A DNA stretch of 64,000 nucleotides from a virus. The stretch lies in IMG/VR virus record IMGVR_UViG_3300032288_005579; one strand, 5' to 3'. The notes beneath the pieces were generated by a model. The model saw nothing but the letters and a program-made list of their open reading frames with translations, did not search any database and was not told where the DNA came from. A program made the translations under genes and the position numbers. Each line of letters starts with the position of its first letter. The first letter of the stretch is position 1. Shown here piece by piece: positions 29,452-37,524 of the stretch.

Positions 29452-31761
29452 ATGATACAAAAAAGTTACGTAATGGTGGACACCATGGACAAGTTCCGTG
29501 CCATGGCAGACCACGTTAAAAATAACGACATAGTCGCTTTCGATACGGAAACAACGTCTCTCAATCCACGAAAAGGTAAGATCATCGGTTTCTCAGTCAC
29601 TCCGGAAATAGGTTACGGTTATTACGTACCTACGATGGTTTTTAAGGATGGAAACTTACAGGATACTTACATCGACGGCAAATTGACTCATGATCTCGCT
29701 AAGAAGTTCATGACTGCATTGACAACCAAGAAACTTGTGATGCACAACGGTTCATTCGACTGCCGCTTTGTCAAGTGCTTCTACGATGTTGATCTAATTC
29801 CCAGCTTATACGCGGATACTATACTGTTAGTTCATACTCTGATGGAAGAGGGCGCTGGATTCGGTTCAAAGTCTCCATTCGCTCTGAAGGAAATCGCTAA
29901 GACGATTCAGAACGAGATAGGACTTGACGTTGAGAAAGAAGCTAACGAGGAGCAAGTCGAACTTAAGAATTCTATTAAGAACAACGGAGGTTCAATAACT
30001 AAAGAGAATTACGAGATCTTTAAAGCAGACATTGAGATTCTCTCTAAGTATGCTGCGGCCGATACAGACTTAACACTTAGAGTGTTCAATTACTTCGAAC
30101 CGCAACTAGAGTCTCAAGGTCTAAGAAAGTTTTATTACGAAGACGAAGTCATGCCTCTTTACAGGGAAGTTACGATTCCCATGGAAAGTCGAGGCGTCAG
30201 ACTGAATATGCCGCTGATAACAGAGGCAAAGAACAGAATTAGTGAAGATCTAAAGAAGTACCAAGAACTGGTAATAAAAGAGCTTCTTGCTCACATAGAA
30301 GTCAGAACGTGGGTCATATATAAAGCTACTGAAGCTTATCCTCCTAACCACAAGGGAGCTTACGCTCAAGAACTGGTTTCCATGTACAACATAGATATAC
30401 CTAAGTCTGAAAAGACTGGAAAGTATAGCATAACTAACGCCAATGTATCTCAACTGCCAGATAACGAGATAAAAGAATTCTTGGTTACAGGCAACGCAGA
30501 GTCTCTACCTGAGGATGTAAGATTGAAGGTGAGCATGAAACTCTGGAAAGAGGATAACGCGGGTCAATACTTCAACATACAGTCTAAGGATCACTTAGGA
30601 GAAATAGCATTTGGTGCCTTAGGCATCCAACCCATTTCAGAGACAAAAACAGGTAAACCTCAATTCGATGAAGACATGATACAAATCATCGCTGAGGATC
30701 ACGATTGGGCCAAGAATTTGCGCATCTACAATAAGTTGATGAAGATCAGTTCTACTTACATGGATCGGTTCTTGGAAAGTCACGAAGATGGTAAGTACTA
30801 TTTTTCCTATAAGCAACACGGTACAGTTTCAGGTAGATACGGCTCAGACGCTCAACAGTTGCCAAGGCCAAAAGAGGAGGGTGAAGACGAACAAGTCATC
30901 GTTGAATACAACAACCTTGTTAGGGCGTTCTTCATACCTTACGATGGGAACATATTCATAGATAATGACTACGAATCTCTTGAACCCAAGACGTTCTCTC
31001 ACGTGTCAGGAGATGAGGGACTTATGGACATCTTCAGAAACAATTGGGATTTCTATTCTACGATCGCTATAAAAACCGAGAAACTTAATCAGTATTCTCC
31101 TGACAAAAAAGCCCCTAACTACTTAAGAAAGCTTGCTCCACAATTGCGCAACAAGGCCAAAGCGTATTCGTTGGGTATACCTTACGGTATGGGTGCATAT
31201 GCATTGGGTAAAAATATTGGAGTAAAGACTAAAGAAGCTGAAGAACTTGTAAATGGATATCTGAATGGATTTCCTAATCTTAAGAAGTGGATGGAGGAAT
31301 CTAAAGCGTTCGCCAAAGAAAACGGTTTCATAAAAACGCAAGTAGGTCGAATAAGACACTTACCAAAAGTTCAAATACTGTATAGCAAGTACGGAGACAG
31401 GCTATTCGATTACAAGTTCAAACTGCAGTTGGAGAAACAAAAGGGAAAAGAATACGTAACGAACATGTTCAGAGACTATAAGAACGGTCTGAACAACAGT
31501 CTAAACGTCCAGATACAGGGCTTAGCTGCATCAATCGTGAATAGGGCGGCGATCGCAATCAATCGTGAGTTCAAGAAACTTGGCATATCAGGTCAGGTCG
31601 TCGCCCAAATTCACGACCAGCTGATCATGGAGGTCGAAGAATCAAGATCTAAAGAAGCAGCAGAAGTCGTTCAGGATATGATGGAAAATACGACCAAGCT
31701 TAAGATACCTTTAGTAGCAATTCCTTCGATTGCCCATAATTGGAGAGATGGACATGGCTAA
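29452..31761 (+). CDS. polA: DNA polymerase family A with 3'-5' exonuclease domain
   Basis: Exo I FDTET, Exo II HNGSFD, Exo III YAAAD; GTVSGRY, motif A DNDYESLEP, motif B AKAYSLGIPYG, motif C QIHDQ. Confidence 0.92.
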   Translation: MIQKSYVMVDTMDKFRAMADHVKNNDIVAFDTETTSLNPRKGKIIGFSVTPEIGYGYYVPTMVFKDGNLQDTYIDGKLTHDLAKKFMTALTTKKLVMHNGSFDCRFVKCFYDVDLIPSLYADTILLVHTLMEEGAGFGSKSPFALKEIAKTIQNEIGLDVEKEANEEQVELKNSIKNNGGSITKENYEIFKADIEILSKYAAADTDLTLRVFNYFEPQLESQGLRKFYYEDEVMPLYREVTIPMESRGVRLNMPLITEAKNRISEDLKKYQELVIKELLAHIEVRTWVIYKATEAYPPNHKGAYAQELVSMYNIDIPKSEKTGKYSITNANVSQLPDNEIKEFLVTGNAESLPEDVRLKVSMKLWKEDNAGQYFNIQSKDHLGEIAFGALGIQPISETKTGKPQFDEDMIQIIAEDHDWAKNLRIYNKLMKISSTYMDRFLESHEDGKYYFSYKQHGTVSGRYGSDAQQLPRPKEEGEDEQVIVEYNNLVRAFFIPYDGNIFIDNDYESLEPKTFSHVSGDEGLMDIFRNNWDFYSTIAIKTEKLNQYSPDKKAPNYLRKLAPQLRNKAKAYSLGIPYGMGAYALGKNIGVKTKEAEELVNGYLNGFPNLKKWMEESKAFAKENGFIKTQVGRIRHLPKVQILYSKYGDRLFDYKFKLQLEKQKGKEYVTNMFRDYKNGLNNSLNVQIQGLAASIVNRAAIAINREFKKLGISGQVVAQIHDQLIMEVEESRSKEAAEVVQDMMENTTKLKIPLVAIPSIAHNWRDGHG

Positions 31762-31880
31762 ATGCTACATAAAATATCAGTAATTCTTGTAGGGGCTTAT
31801 ATAAACAAACTGGTGGATACACGTGGAAATACTCTAAGTAATTGCATATTTATAGAAAAACAAACACAAACACAATAACT

Positions 31881-32057
31881 ATGATAGCGAACATCTTATT
31901 TTGGGTATTAGCAGCCGGAGTAATCGGATTCATCGGCTACAAATTCGTTCAAATGCAAAAAGACTCTAAAGGAGGAAACACTGGAAATACTTCTGGTGGT
32001 GGAGGCGGAACTGTTGGAGGCGGAGAAGGCGAACTGCCTAAGGATAACATTAAGTGA
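31881..32057 (+). CDS. Small membrane protein with Gly-rich tail
   Basis: MIANILFWVLAAGVIGFIGYKF...GGGGGTVGGG; ATG at 31881 lies 34 nt after TATTTATA (ORF track starts at 31842). Confidence 0.6.
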   Translation: MIANILFWVLAAGVIGFIGYKFVQMQKDSKGGNTGNTSGGGGGTVGGGEGELPKDNIK

Positions 32058-32065
32058 TCCTACTC

Positions 32066-32102
32066 AAAAAAAAAATAGCCCCATTATTTGGGGCTTTTTT
32101 TT
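32066..32102 (+). terminator. Rho-independent terminator (possibly bidirectional)
   Basis: A run, AGCCCCA-TTATT-TGGGGCT, T run. Confidence 0.8.
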
Positions 32103-32248
32103 GCTCACTGAAAATGAAAATTTTTATAAGAACTCAAGAATGTCTATATTTATAGACAAATAAACGATAGAGGTACGACAGGCCTTTAAGTTATGACAGA
32201 GTTAAATTATTCATTAACCAAAAAAACGTCACAGGAGGACGTAACATT

Positions 32249-32686
32249 ATGACACAGTTAACTAAATTCGCAGGTTTTGATCTTGATCCATTCGATCTGT
32301 TGTGGAGGAATTTCATAGACCACGACTCAAGATTCAACACACTACTAGAAAAAGTAAACTATCCCACGGATATTTACGAAACCGAAGAAGGTATCACCTT
32401 CGAACTGGCCGTTGTAGGCTTGGATTCCAAAGACATCTCTGTAGAAACACAAGGAGAAGTGCTGAGGATCAAATACACAAAAGAAAAACACGAGGACGAG
32501 GCAAAGTATATCTACAAGGGTATTGCTAAGCGTTCGTTCGATTTGGCTTGGAAGGTTTCTTCTAAGTTCGACCTCACCAAACTTGAGGCTCAACTTGAAA
32601 GGGGACTTTTGACCATCCGTGTTCCTTTCGCTGAGACCGCGAAAGCAAAAGCAATCCAAATCAAAGAAGTAAAACAAGTAGGATAA
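32249..32686 (+). CDS. hsp20: Small heat shock protein (Hsp20 / alpha-crystallin)
   Basis: YPTDIYE, FELAVVG, YIYKGIAKRSF, AQLERGLLTIRVP. Confidence 0.92.
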   Translation: MTQLTKFAGFDLDPFDLLWRNFIDHDSRFNTLLEKVNYPTDIYETEEGITFELAVVGLDSKDISVETQGEVLRIKYTKEKHEDEAKYIYKGIAKRSFDLAWKVSSKFDLTKLEAQLERGLLTIRVPFAETAKAKAIQIKEVKQVG

Positions 32687-32718
32687 GATAAAGGCCTGTC
32701 GACCTTTATCGTTTAGTT

Positions 32719-32910
32719 ATGTTTTCCCTATGTACACAATTCATCACCGTCCAGGAAAGTCTCTATAAAATAGAGAGAATATTTGATGAGCACAGAGTCC
32801 CTGACGTTGAGCTTTTTAAATACTGGCTCCGTGCTGAAACAGTGTTCAGAAAGGATGGAAAATTGTACTTTTGTAACAAAATAGAAGAAGCAGAAATTGT
32901 AAACGAATAA
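32719..32910 (+). CDS. Hypothetical protein
   Basis: 63 aa between hsp20 and groES; FRKDGKLYFCNKIEEAE. Confidence 0.65.
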   Translation: MFSLCTQFITVQESLYKIERIFDEHRVPDVELFKYWLRAETVFRKDGKLYFCNKIEEAEIVNE

Positions 32911-32916
32911 ACAACT

Positions 32917-33210
32917 ATGAGCAAATTAAAACCATTGAATGGAAATGTGATCCTTAAAAAGGTCGAAGAGTCCGAACAAACTTACGGACAGATAGTCATA
33001 CCCGACATGGGTAAAGAAAAACCGGAACTTGGCGAAGTAGTCGCGGTCAGCGATACGTACAATTGGCACAAAGGTTCGGATGTTGCGTCTAATCTCAAAC
33101 CCGGTCAACTGGTGTTGATTCCAAAAATGGGAGCTATGTCATTCTCTATAGACACTGAGGATTATATCATCATTAAGGAAACTGAGGTACTATCAATCAT
33201 CGAAAAATAA
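32917..33210 (+). CDS. groES: Co-chaperonin GroES
   Basis: LKPLNGNVILK, GQIVIPD..KEKP..GEVVAV, YIIIKETEVL. Confidence 0.92.
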   Translation: MSKLKPLNGNVILKKVEESEQTYGQIVIPDMGKEKPELGEVVAVSDTYNWHKGSDVASNLKPGQLVLIPKMGAMSFSIDTEDYIIIKETEVLSIIEK

Positions 33211-34826
33211 TGAGCACAACTAAAAACGTATTCGGCACAGAACTCAAGGAGAAGCTGTACGCCGGCATATCAAAGCTTAACGAGTCCGTATCTTCTACGC
33301 TTGGACCGGGAGGTCGCACCGTACTGATTCGCGAACAGAACGGAGAGGTTAAAGTTACCAAAGACGGTGTATCAGTAGCAAAAGCATTTCACAAGTTGGA
33401 GGACGACATCGAGGACCTTGGCGCACAACTCGTCAAGCAAGTGGCGATCAAGTCCGCTAACGAAGCTGGTGATGGTACTACGACTTCTACGCTTCTCGCC
33501 GCCGAGATTGTAAATCAAGGCATCAAAGAGGTCCGTGGAGGTCGTAATGCTGTCGCTATCAAGCGTGAGCTAGATAAATTGACCGCTGAAGTGATCGAAG
33601 ACATCAAGAAGATCGCCATTCCCGTAAATTCAGAAGATCAGATTAGGCAAGTAGCGACCATTTCAGGTAACAACGACGAAGAGGTCGGAAACCTTATTGC
33701 TACTGCTATTGAAAAAGTGGGTCGCGAAGGCGTTGTGACCATCGAAGAGTCCAAGACGGGTGAGACCAGCTTAGAAGTTGTGGAAGGCATGCAGTTCGAT
33801 CGCGGCTACAAGTCGCCTTACTTCGTGACCAACAACACCTCCATGCAGGCTGTTTTAGAAGACTGCTATGTGATGCTCTTCGATGGAAGAATATCTACGG
33901 CGCAAGAACTTCTCCAAGCATTGACCAAGTGTAACTCAGAAAACAAACCTCTCTTGGTGATCGCAGAAGATTTTGGAGATGAAGCTCTTGCTACTCTTAT
34001 CGTAAATAAGATGAGAGGCATTGTACAAGTGTGCGCAGTAAAAGCGCCAGAGTTCGGAGAGAGAAAAACACTAGTGCTTGAGGACATCGCAATCCTCACA
34101 GGCGGTCAAGTACTGTCTAAGGACAAGGGTCACAAACTCGATAAGATTCCTTCAGCACAACTGTCTCAATACCTCGGTAAAGCTAGACTCGTAACCGTTT
34201 CCAAAGAGGATACGACAATCGTAGACGGAAAGGGTTCCTCAGAATCCATCGAAGCGCGCGCTAATGAGATCAAAGAGCAGATCGAAAAATCGCAATCGTT
34301 CTTCGAAAAAGAAAAACTACAAGAGCGACTGGGTAAAATGGTAGGCGGTGTGGCCATCATCAACGTAGGCGGTAACTCTGAGATCGAGATCAAGGAGAAG
34401 AAGGACCGATTGGAAGATGCGCTATACGCCACTAAAGCGGCACTCGCAGACGGTATCGTAGCAGGTGGTGGAGCCACCCTGTACAGGCTTTCGATAGCTC
34501 ACAGAGGAACCACTACGGCGGAAGGCGACATCGCGTACATGATCCTTCAGGACGCTTTGCAAGCACCGTTCGAAAAGATCCTCAGTAACGCTGGAATCGA
34601 GAACTGGTGGGACAACCTTCCAAGGGGCGAGAATGAAGTGTTTGACGCTAAGAATCGTAAGATCGTGGACGCGTTCGAAGCCGGCATCATCGATCCTGCA
34701 AAGGTTGTGATCACTGCCCTTAAGAACGCAGTCTCGGTCGCTGGTACAATTCTCACCACAGAAAGCGTGGTATTCGAGAAGAAGGACAAAGACGAGAAGG
34801 CGGATCCTATGGCGGGAATGATGTAA
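33210..34826 (+). CDS. groEL: Chaperonin GroEL
   Basis: [46 protein letters not shown]. Confidence 0.96.
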   Translation: MSTTKNVFGTELKEKLYAGISKLNESVSSTLGPGGRTVLIREQNGEVKVTKDGVSVAKAFHKLEDDIEDLGAQLVKQVAIKSANEAGDGTTTSTLLAAEIVNQGIKEVRGGRNAVAIKRELDKLTAEVIEDIKKIAIPVNSEDQIRQVATISGNNDEEVGNLIATAIEKVGREGVVTIEESKTGETSLEVVEGMQFDRGYKSPYFVTNNTSMQAVLEDCYVMLFDGRISTAQELLQALTKCNSENKPLLVIAEDFGDEALATLIVNKMRGIVQVCAVKAPEFGERKTLVLEDIAILTGGQVLSKDKGHKLDKIPSAQLSQYLGKARLVTVSKEDTTIVDGKGSSESIEARANEIKEQIEKSQSFFEKEKLQERLGKMVGGVAIINVGGNSEIEIKEKKDRLEDALYATKAALADGIVAGGGATLYRLSIAHRGTTTAEGDIAYMILQDALQAPFEKILSNAGIENWWDNLPRGENEVFDAKNRKIVDAFEAGIIDPAKVVITALKNAVSVAGTILTTESVVFEKKDKDEKADPMAGMM

Positions 34827-34835
34827 ATAAAGGTT

Positions 34836-34934
34836 AGTCAGGTAGCGGAATGTAGACGCAGGTCGTAGGTAGCACCGTTCACAAACAGCCTTATAACGTG
34901 GTGAACATTACAGGTTCGAATCCTGTCCTGACTA
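34836..34934 (+). ncRNA. tRNA-like RNA 1 (acceptor, D-like and T arms; no canonical anticodon arm)
   Basis: AGTCAGG/CCTGACT-A acceptor, GCG/CGC D stem, ACAGG-TTCGAAT-CCTGT T arm, long GTTCAC/GTGAAC extra arm. Confidence 0.75.
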
Positions 34935-35011
34935 CGATGTTGAGTAGCGCTCAAATGAACTTAGGGCGGTTTCGGGCTAGCCTAAGAGAGATCGACAAAA
35001 AGCCCGTACAT

Positions 35012-35135
35012 AGTCAGGTGGCAGAAAGTAATGCAGGTTACAGTACTCCACGGGGCAACACGGTCTAGAACGTGGGAAGTCTAAGACAAGCCAGCCCGTC
35101 TGAAAGTGGTGCAGGTTCGAATCCTGTCCTGACTA
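35012..35135 (+). ncRNA. tRNA-like RNA 2 (same scaffold as RNA 1, different 73-nt insert)
   Basis: AGTCAGG/CCTGACT-A acceptor, GCA/TGC D stem, GCAGG-TTCGAAT-CCTGT T arm; shares a 25-nt 3' segment with RNA 1. Confidence 0.75.
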
Positions 35136-35141
35136 CAAAAT

Positions 35142-35230
35142 AGTCGTGTGGCGCAAGTGTGAAGAATAAGCACCTAGGGCAGCGAGCTGCGGAAACGCGG
35201 AGGTTGTGGGTTCGAATCCCATCACGACTA
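35142..35230 (+). ncRNA. tRNA-like RNA 3
   Basis: AGTCGTG/CACGACT-A acceptor, GTGGG-TTCGAAT-CCCAT T arm, CTGCG-GAAA-CGCGG extra arm; no recognisable anticodon stem-loop. Confidence 0.7.
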
Positions 35231-35286
35231 CAAAGTGGAGCAACATGTGCAGTAGCCACAGGGTCCTAGGTCCCACTGCACTCTAT

Positions 35287-35359
35287 CGCGGGTTATGGAA
35301 GTGGTCATCCGCCAGGTCTCATAAGCCAGGAATCGGGGGTTCGAATCCCTCACCCGCTA
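35287..35359 (+). tRNA. tRNA with CAT anticodon (Met, or Ile2 if lysidinylated)
   Basis: 73 nt; GCGGGT/ACCCGC acceptor with unpaired 1:72, CTCATAA loop (CAT at 35320-35322), GGGGG-TTCGAAT-CCCTC T arm; CCA not encoded. Confidence 0.85.
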
Positions 35360-35363
35360 CTAA

Positions 35364-35450
35364 AGGGTTGATCGGGGAAGTGAGGTTCGTTAACCTGTCG
35401 GTGGAGGTGGAACCTTGTGAGTTGTAACCGACCGAGTAAAGCCGATCTTA
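35364..35450 (+). ncRNA. Unidentified structured RNA downstream of the tRNA
   Basis: Nested helices GATCGG/CCGATC, AGGTT/AACCT and GTCGGT/ACCGAC in a GC-rich non-coding stretch. Confidence 0.5.
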
Positions 35451-35490
35451 AAAGCGGGTGTCCACGCAACCATCTCCCGCTTTCCTTTTT
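35451..35490 (+). terminator. Terminator-like hairpin ending the chaperone/RNA transcript
   Basis: AAAGCGGG...CCCGCTTT (17-nt loop) followed by CCTTTTT. Confidence 0.6.
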
Positions 35491-35552
35491 ATTGTTACAC
35501 GTAAAATGAATTTTTTTATGTTCTTAAAATATTGTTATATTACCAAAAAAGC

Positions 35553-36599
35553 ATGCAAAAATTCATAATCAACAAAGACTTATTGGCTGCGCTTGACGAT
35601 TACGATCGCAAGAGCAACCTCATGGAGAAACACTCCAACGTGGGGCTTCCCTACGAAGGAGACCTCAAAGCAGACGTCAACGACGATCTGATCTACCACG
35701 TACCAATCTACGATACATGTCAGCGGAGATTCGCGGCCTTCTGTTCTTTCACTGAGGCCATATGGCACAAGCACGAGGATCCGCGCAAGATGGGAAAACA
35801 CTTCGCAGATCACCATATACCCGAAGAGTTCGATTGGTTCATGCTGTGGTATTTGTTTCGACTGTGCGGCAGCGGCATCAACTATGTGCCTCGCTACTCT
35901 AAAGAAACCATTAAAGACATACTCGGTACCCACGGTTATGGCAACTTCTGGATCATCGACTCTATATTGAAGGGTCGTTACACTTGGCAAGAGTGGAGAG
36001 AAGATCTGAGAAACCGCATCAGACCCTTCACAGACAATAAAGGATATCTGCTACCTCAATTCACGTTCGAAGGAGAGCGCAGCGGAAACCATCTGCGTAG
36101 GTTCATACTCGAACACTCAGAGAGATTGGTGAGACACATCTTCGATAAAGTAACTAAAGAGAGGATGGACATCTATCAAGTAACCGATTACGGCAACGAG
36201 TACCTCAAAGAACAGGGATTCAAGAAGCAGAACTTCGTGCTCACAGCTTTTGCGGCAGACATAGCAGAATACATGCCACAGTACGTGAACCCTAAGGGAT
36301 ACGTGTACTGCGGAACCAACGCTGTGCGGTGCATCAACGCAATATTCCCAAAGGTGTCTAAGAAAGTAAAAGACTTCGAGTACCTCAACGAGGTGCTACA
36401 GTTTCTATCAGACAGATACAACTTGAACCCTATCGACTGCGAAGACGCGAGAGCGTGCGACGTTGTACGATACTTCCAAGAATACCAGTCTCCAGATCAT
36501 GTCATTAAGAATGATGGACGAAAGATGCTCAACAACTCTGTATTGAAGCAGATTTGGGGAGAAGAGAAGTATTACGACTTCGCAAACAAAATAAAGTAA
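35553..36599 (+). CDS. aGPT-Pplase-like (alpha-glutamyl/putrescinyl-thymine pyrophosphorylase; amino acid:DNA transferase superfamily) base-modification enzyme
   Basis: HVPIYDTCQRR, WYLFRL, FVLTAFAADIAEY..VYCGTNAVRCI and IDCEDARACDVVRY parallel the family pattern (F.NV.R..DR; FRLFN; F.AYQ..TDL...GPGA..GL; DIEN.LCE..KY). ATG at 35553. Confidence 0.6.
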   Translation: MQKFIINKDLLAALDDYDRKSNLMEKHSNVGLPYEGDLKADVNDDLIYHVPIYDTCQRRFAAFCSFTEAIWHKHEDPRKMGKHFADHHIPEEFDWFMLWYLFRLCGSGINYVPRYSKETIKDILGTHGYGNFWIIDSILKGRYTWQEWREDLRNRIRPFTDNKGYLLPQFTFEGERSGNHLRRFILEHSERLVRHIFDKVTKERMDIYQVTDYGNEYLKEQGFKKQNFVLTAFAADIAEYMPQYVNPKGYVYCGTNAVRCINAIFPKVSKKVKDFEYLNEVLQFLSDRYNLNPIDCEDARACDVVRYFQEYQSPDHVIKNDGRKMLNNSVLKQIWGEEKYYDFANKIK

Positions 36600-36600
36600 C

Positions 36601-37482
36601 ATGTTCGAAAACAAGGCAACGGACCAATCCAACTTGGATTTGGAGGGAGGCAGGGATCTTAACTACTACCTCGACATGACCAAAGACTACAAGTCGGATG
36701 CGGAGTTCAAGATAAAACAGCTTGAAGGTTTCAACGTCATCGACGATGGAGAATTCCAGTACGGAACCAAAGCCAGAATGGGCGACTTCATGATCAGTCG
36801 AGTGAAGGAGGACACTTTAGTATACGTGGCACCTAGAACAGGCTACGCTCCTTACTCTCTCACGTACCTAGCAAAGAAGTACAACAAGAAACTGGTGCTC
36901 TTCATGCCCGCTTCCAAAGAGGCATCCGAACACCAGCTCAGAGTGATAGAGGAAGGCGCCACACCCATATTCCTTAGGACAGCAGCAATGCCGACTCTCA
37001 ACGCTTGGGCCAAACAGTTCGCTCAAAAGACTGGCGCAAAGTACTTGCCATTCGGACTCAAGCACGAGGAGGTCGTGGCAGGTGGAGTGCGCATATTCCA
37101 CGACGCACTCAAAGACCTGAACATACCCGAAATGTGGACAGTATTCTCAACCGGTGTGCTGTCCAGAACCCTTCAGATCGCTCTTCCCAATACGACGTTC
37201 AATGCTGTAGCTGTCGCAAGGAACGTGCAACCAGGCGAACTAGGCAGAGCCAGATTCTATACCTACGATAAGGCATTCACAAGAGAATCAAAGGTCCATG
37301 TACCGTTCGATTGCATCAAGACCTACGACGCAAAGGGTTGGGAGTATATGAAGAAGTACGGTAAGGAGGGCGACTGGTTCTGGAACGTGGCAAGGAACAT
37401 GCCGAAACCGACCATAAAACCAAGCGATGTTGACTCAGAACGGGCTTGGGGAGATAAGTCAGATATGGACAAGTACCTATAA
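36601..37482 (+). CDS. PLP-dependent enzyme, fold type II (TrpB / cysteine synthase-like)
   Basis: GTKAR (Schiff-base Lys), VYVAPRTGYAPYSL, LVLFMP, STGVLSR phosphate loop, YDAKGW. Confidence 0.8.
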   Translation: MFENKATDQSNLDLEGGRDLNYYLDMTKDYKSDAEFKIKQLEGFNVIDDGEFQYGTKARMGDFMISRVKEDTLVYVAPRTGYAPYSLTYLAKKYNKKLVLFMPASKEASEHQLRVIEEGATPIFLRTAAMPTLNAWAKQFAQKTGAKYLPFGLKHEEVVAGGVRIFHDALKDLNIPEMWTVFSTGVLSRTLQIALPNTTFNAVAVARNVQPGELGRARFYTYDKAFTRESKVHVPFDCIKTYDAKGWEYMKKYGKEGDWFWNVARNMPKPTIKPSDVDSERAWGDKSDMDKYL

Positions 37483-37524
37483 AATTTATTAGATTAGCTG
37501 AACAAATTAGTGTATATTAAAACT

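Noticed and set aside
23940-31761. Introns, inteins or homing endonucleases in helicase, RNR or PolA
   Set aside because: The ORFs are uninterrupted and of ordinary size; no intein-terminal or LAGLIDADG/HNH/GIY-YIG motifs were noticed.
32100-32250. CIRCE or HAIR heat-shock operator before hsp20/groE
   Set aside because: Only a half HAIR-like ACTCAAG (32132-32138) without its partner; no CIRCE inverted repeat.
34955-35006. Pistol or twister ribozyme (TTAGGGC...GCCTAAG)
   Set aside because: Only short word similarity; the required P1 context and conserved junctions are absent.
35235-35283. HDV-like (theta) ribozyme behind a tRNA-like element
   Set aside because: A P2-like stem and a short crossing helix exist, but I could not place P3/L3 or a J4/2 catalytic C; kept only as an unexplained structure.
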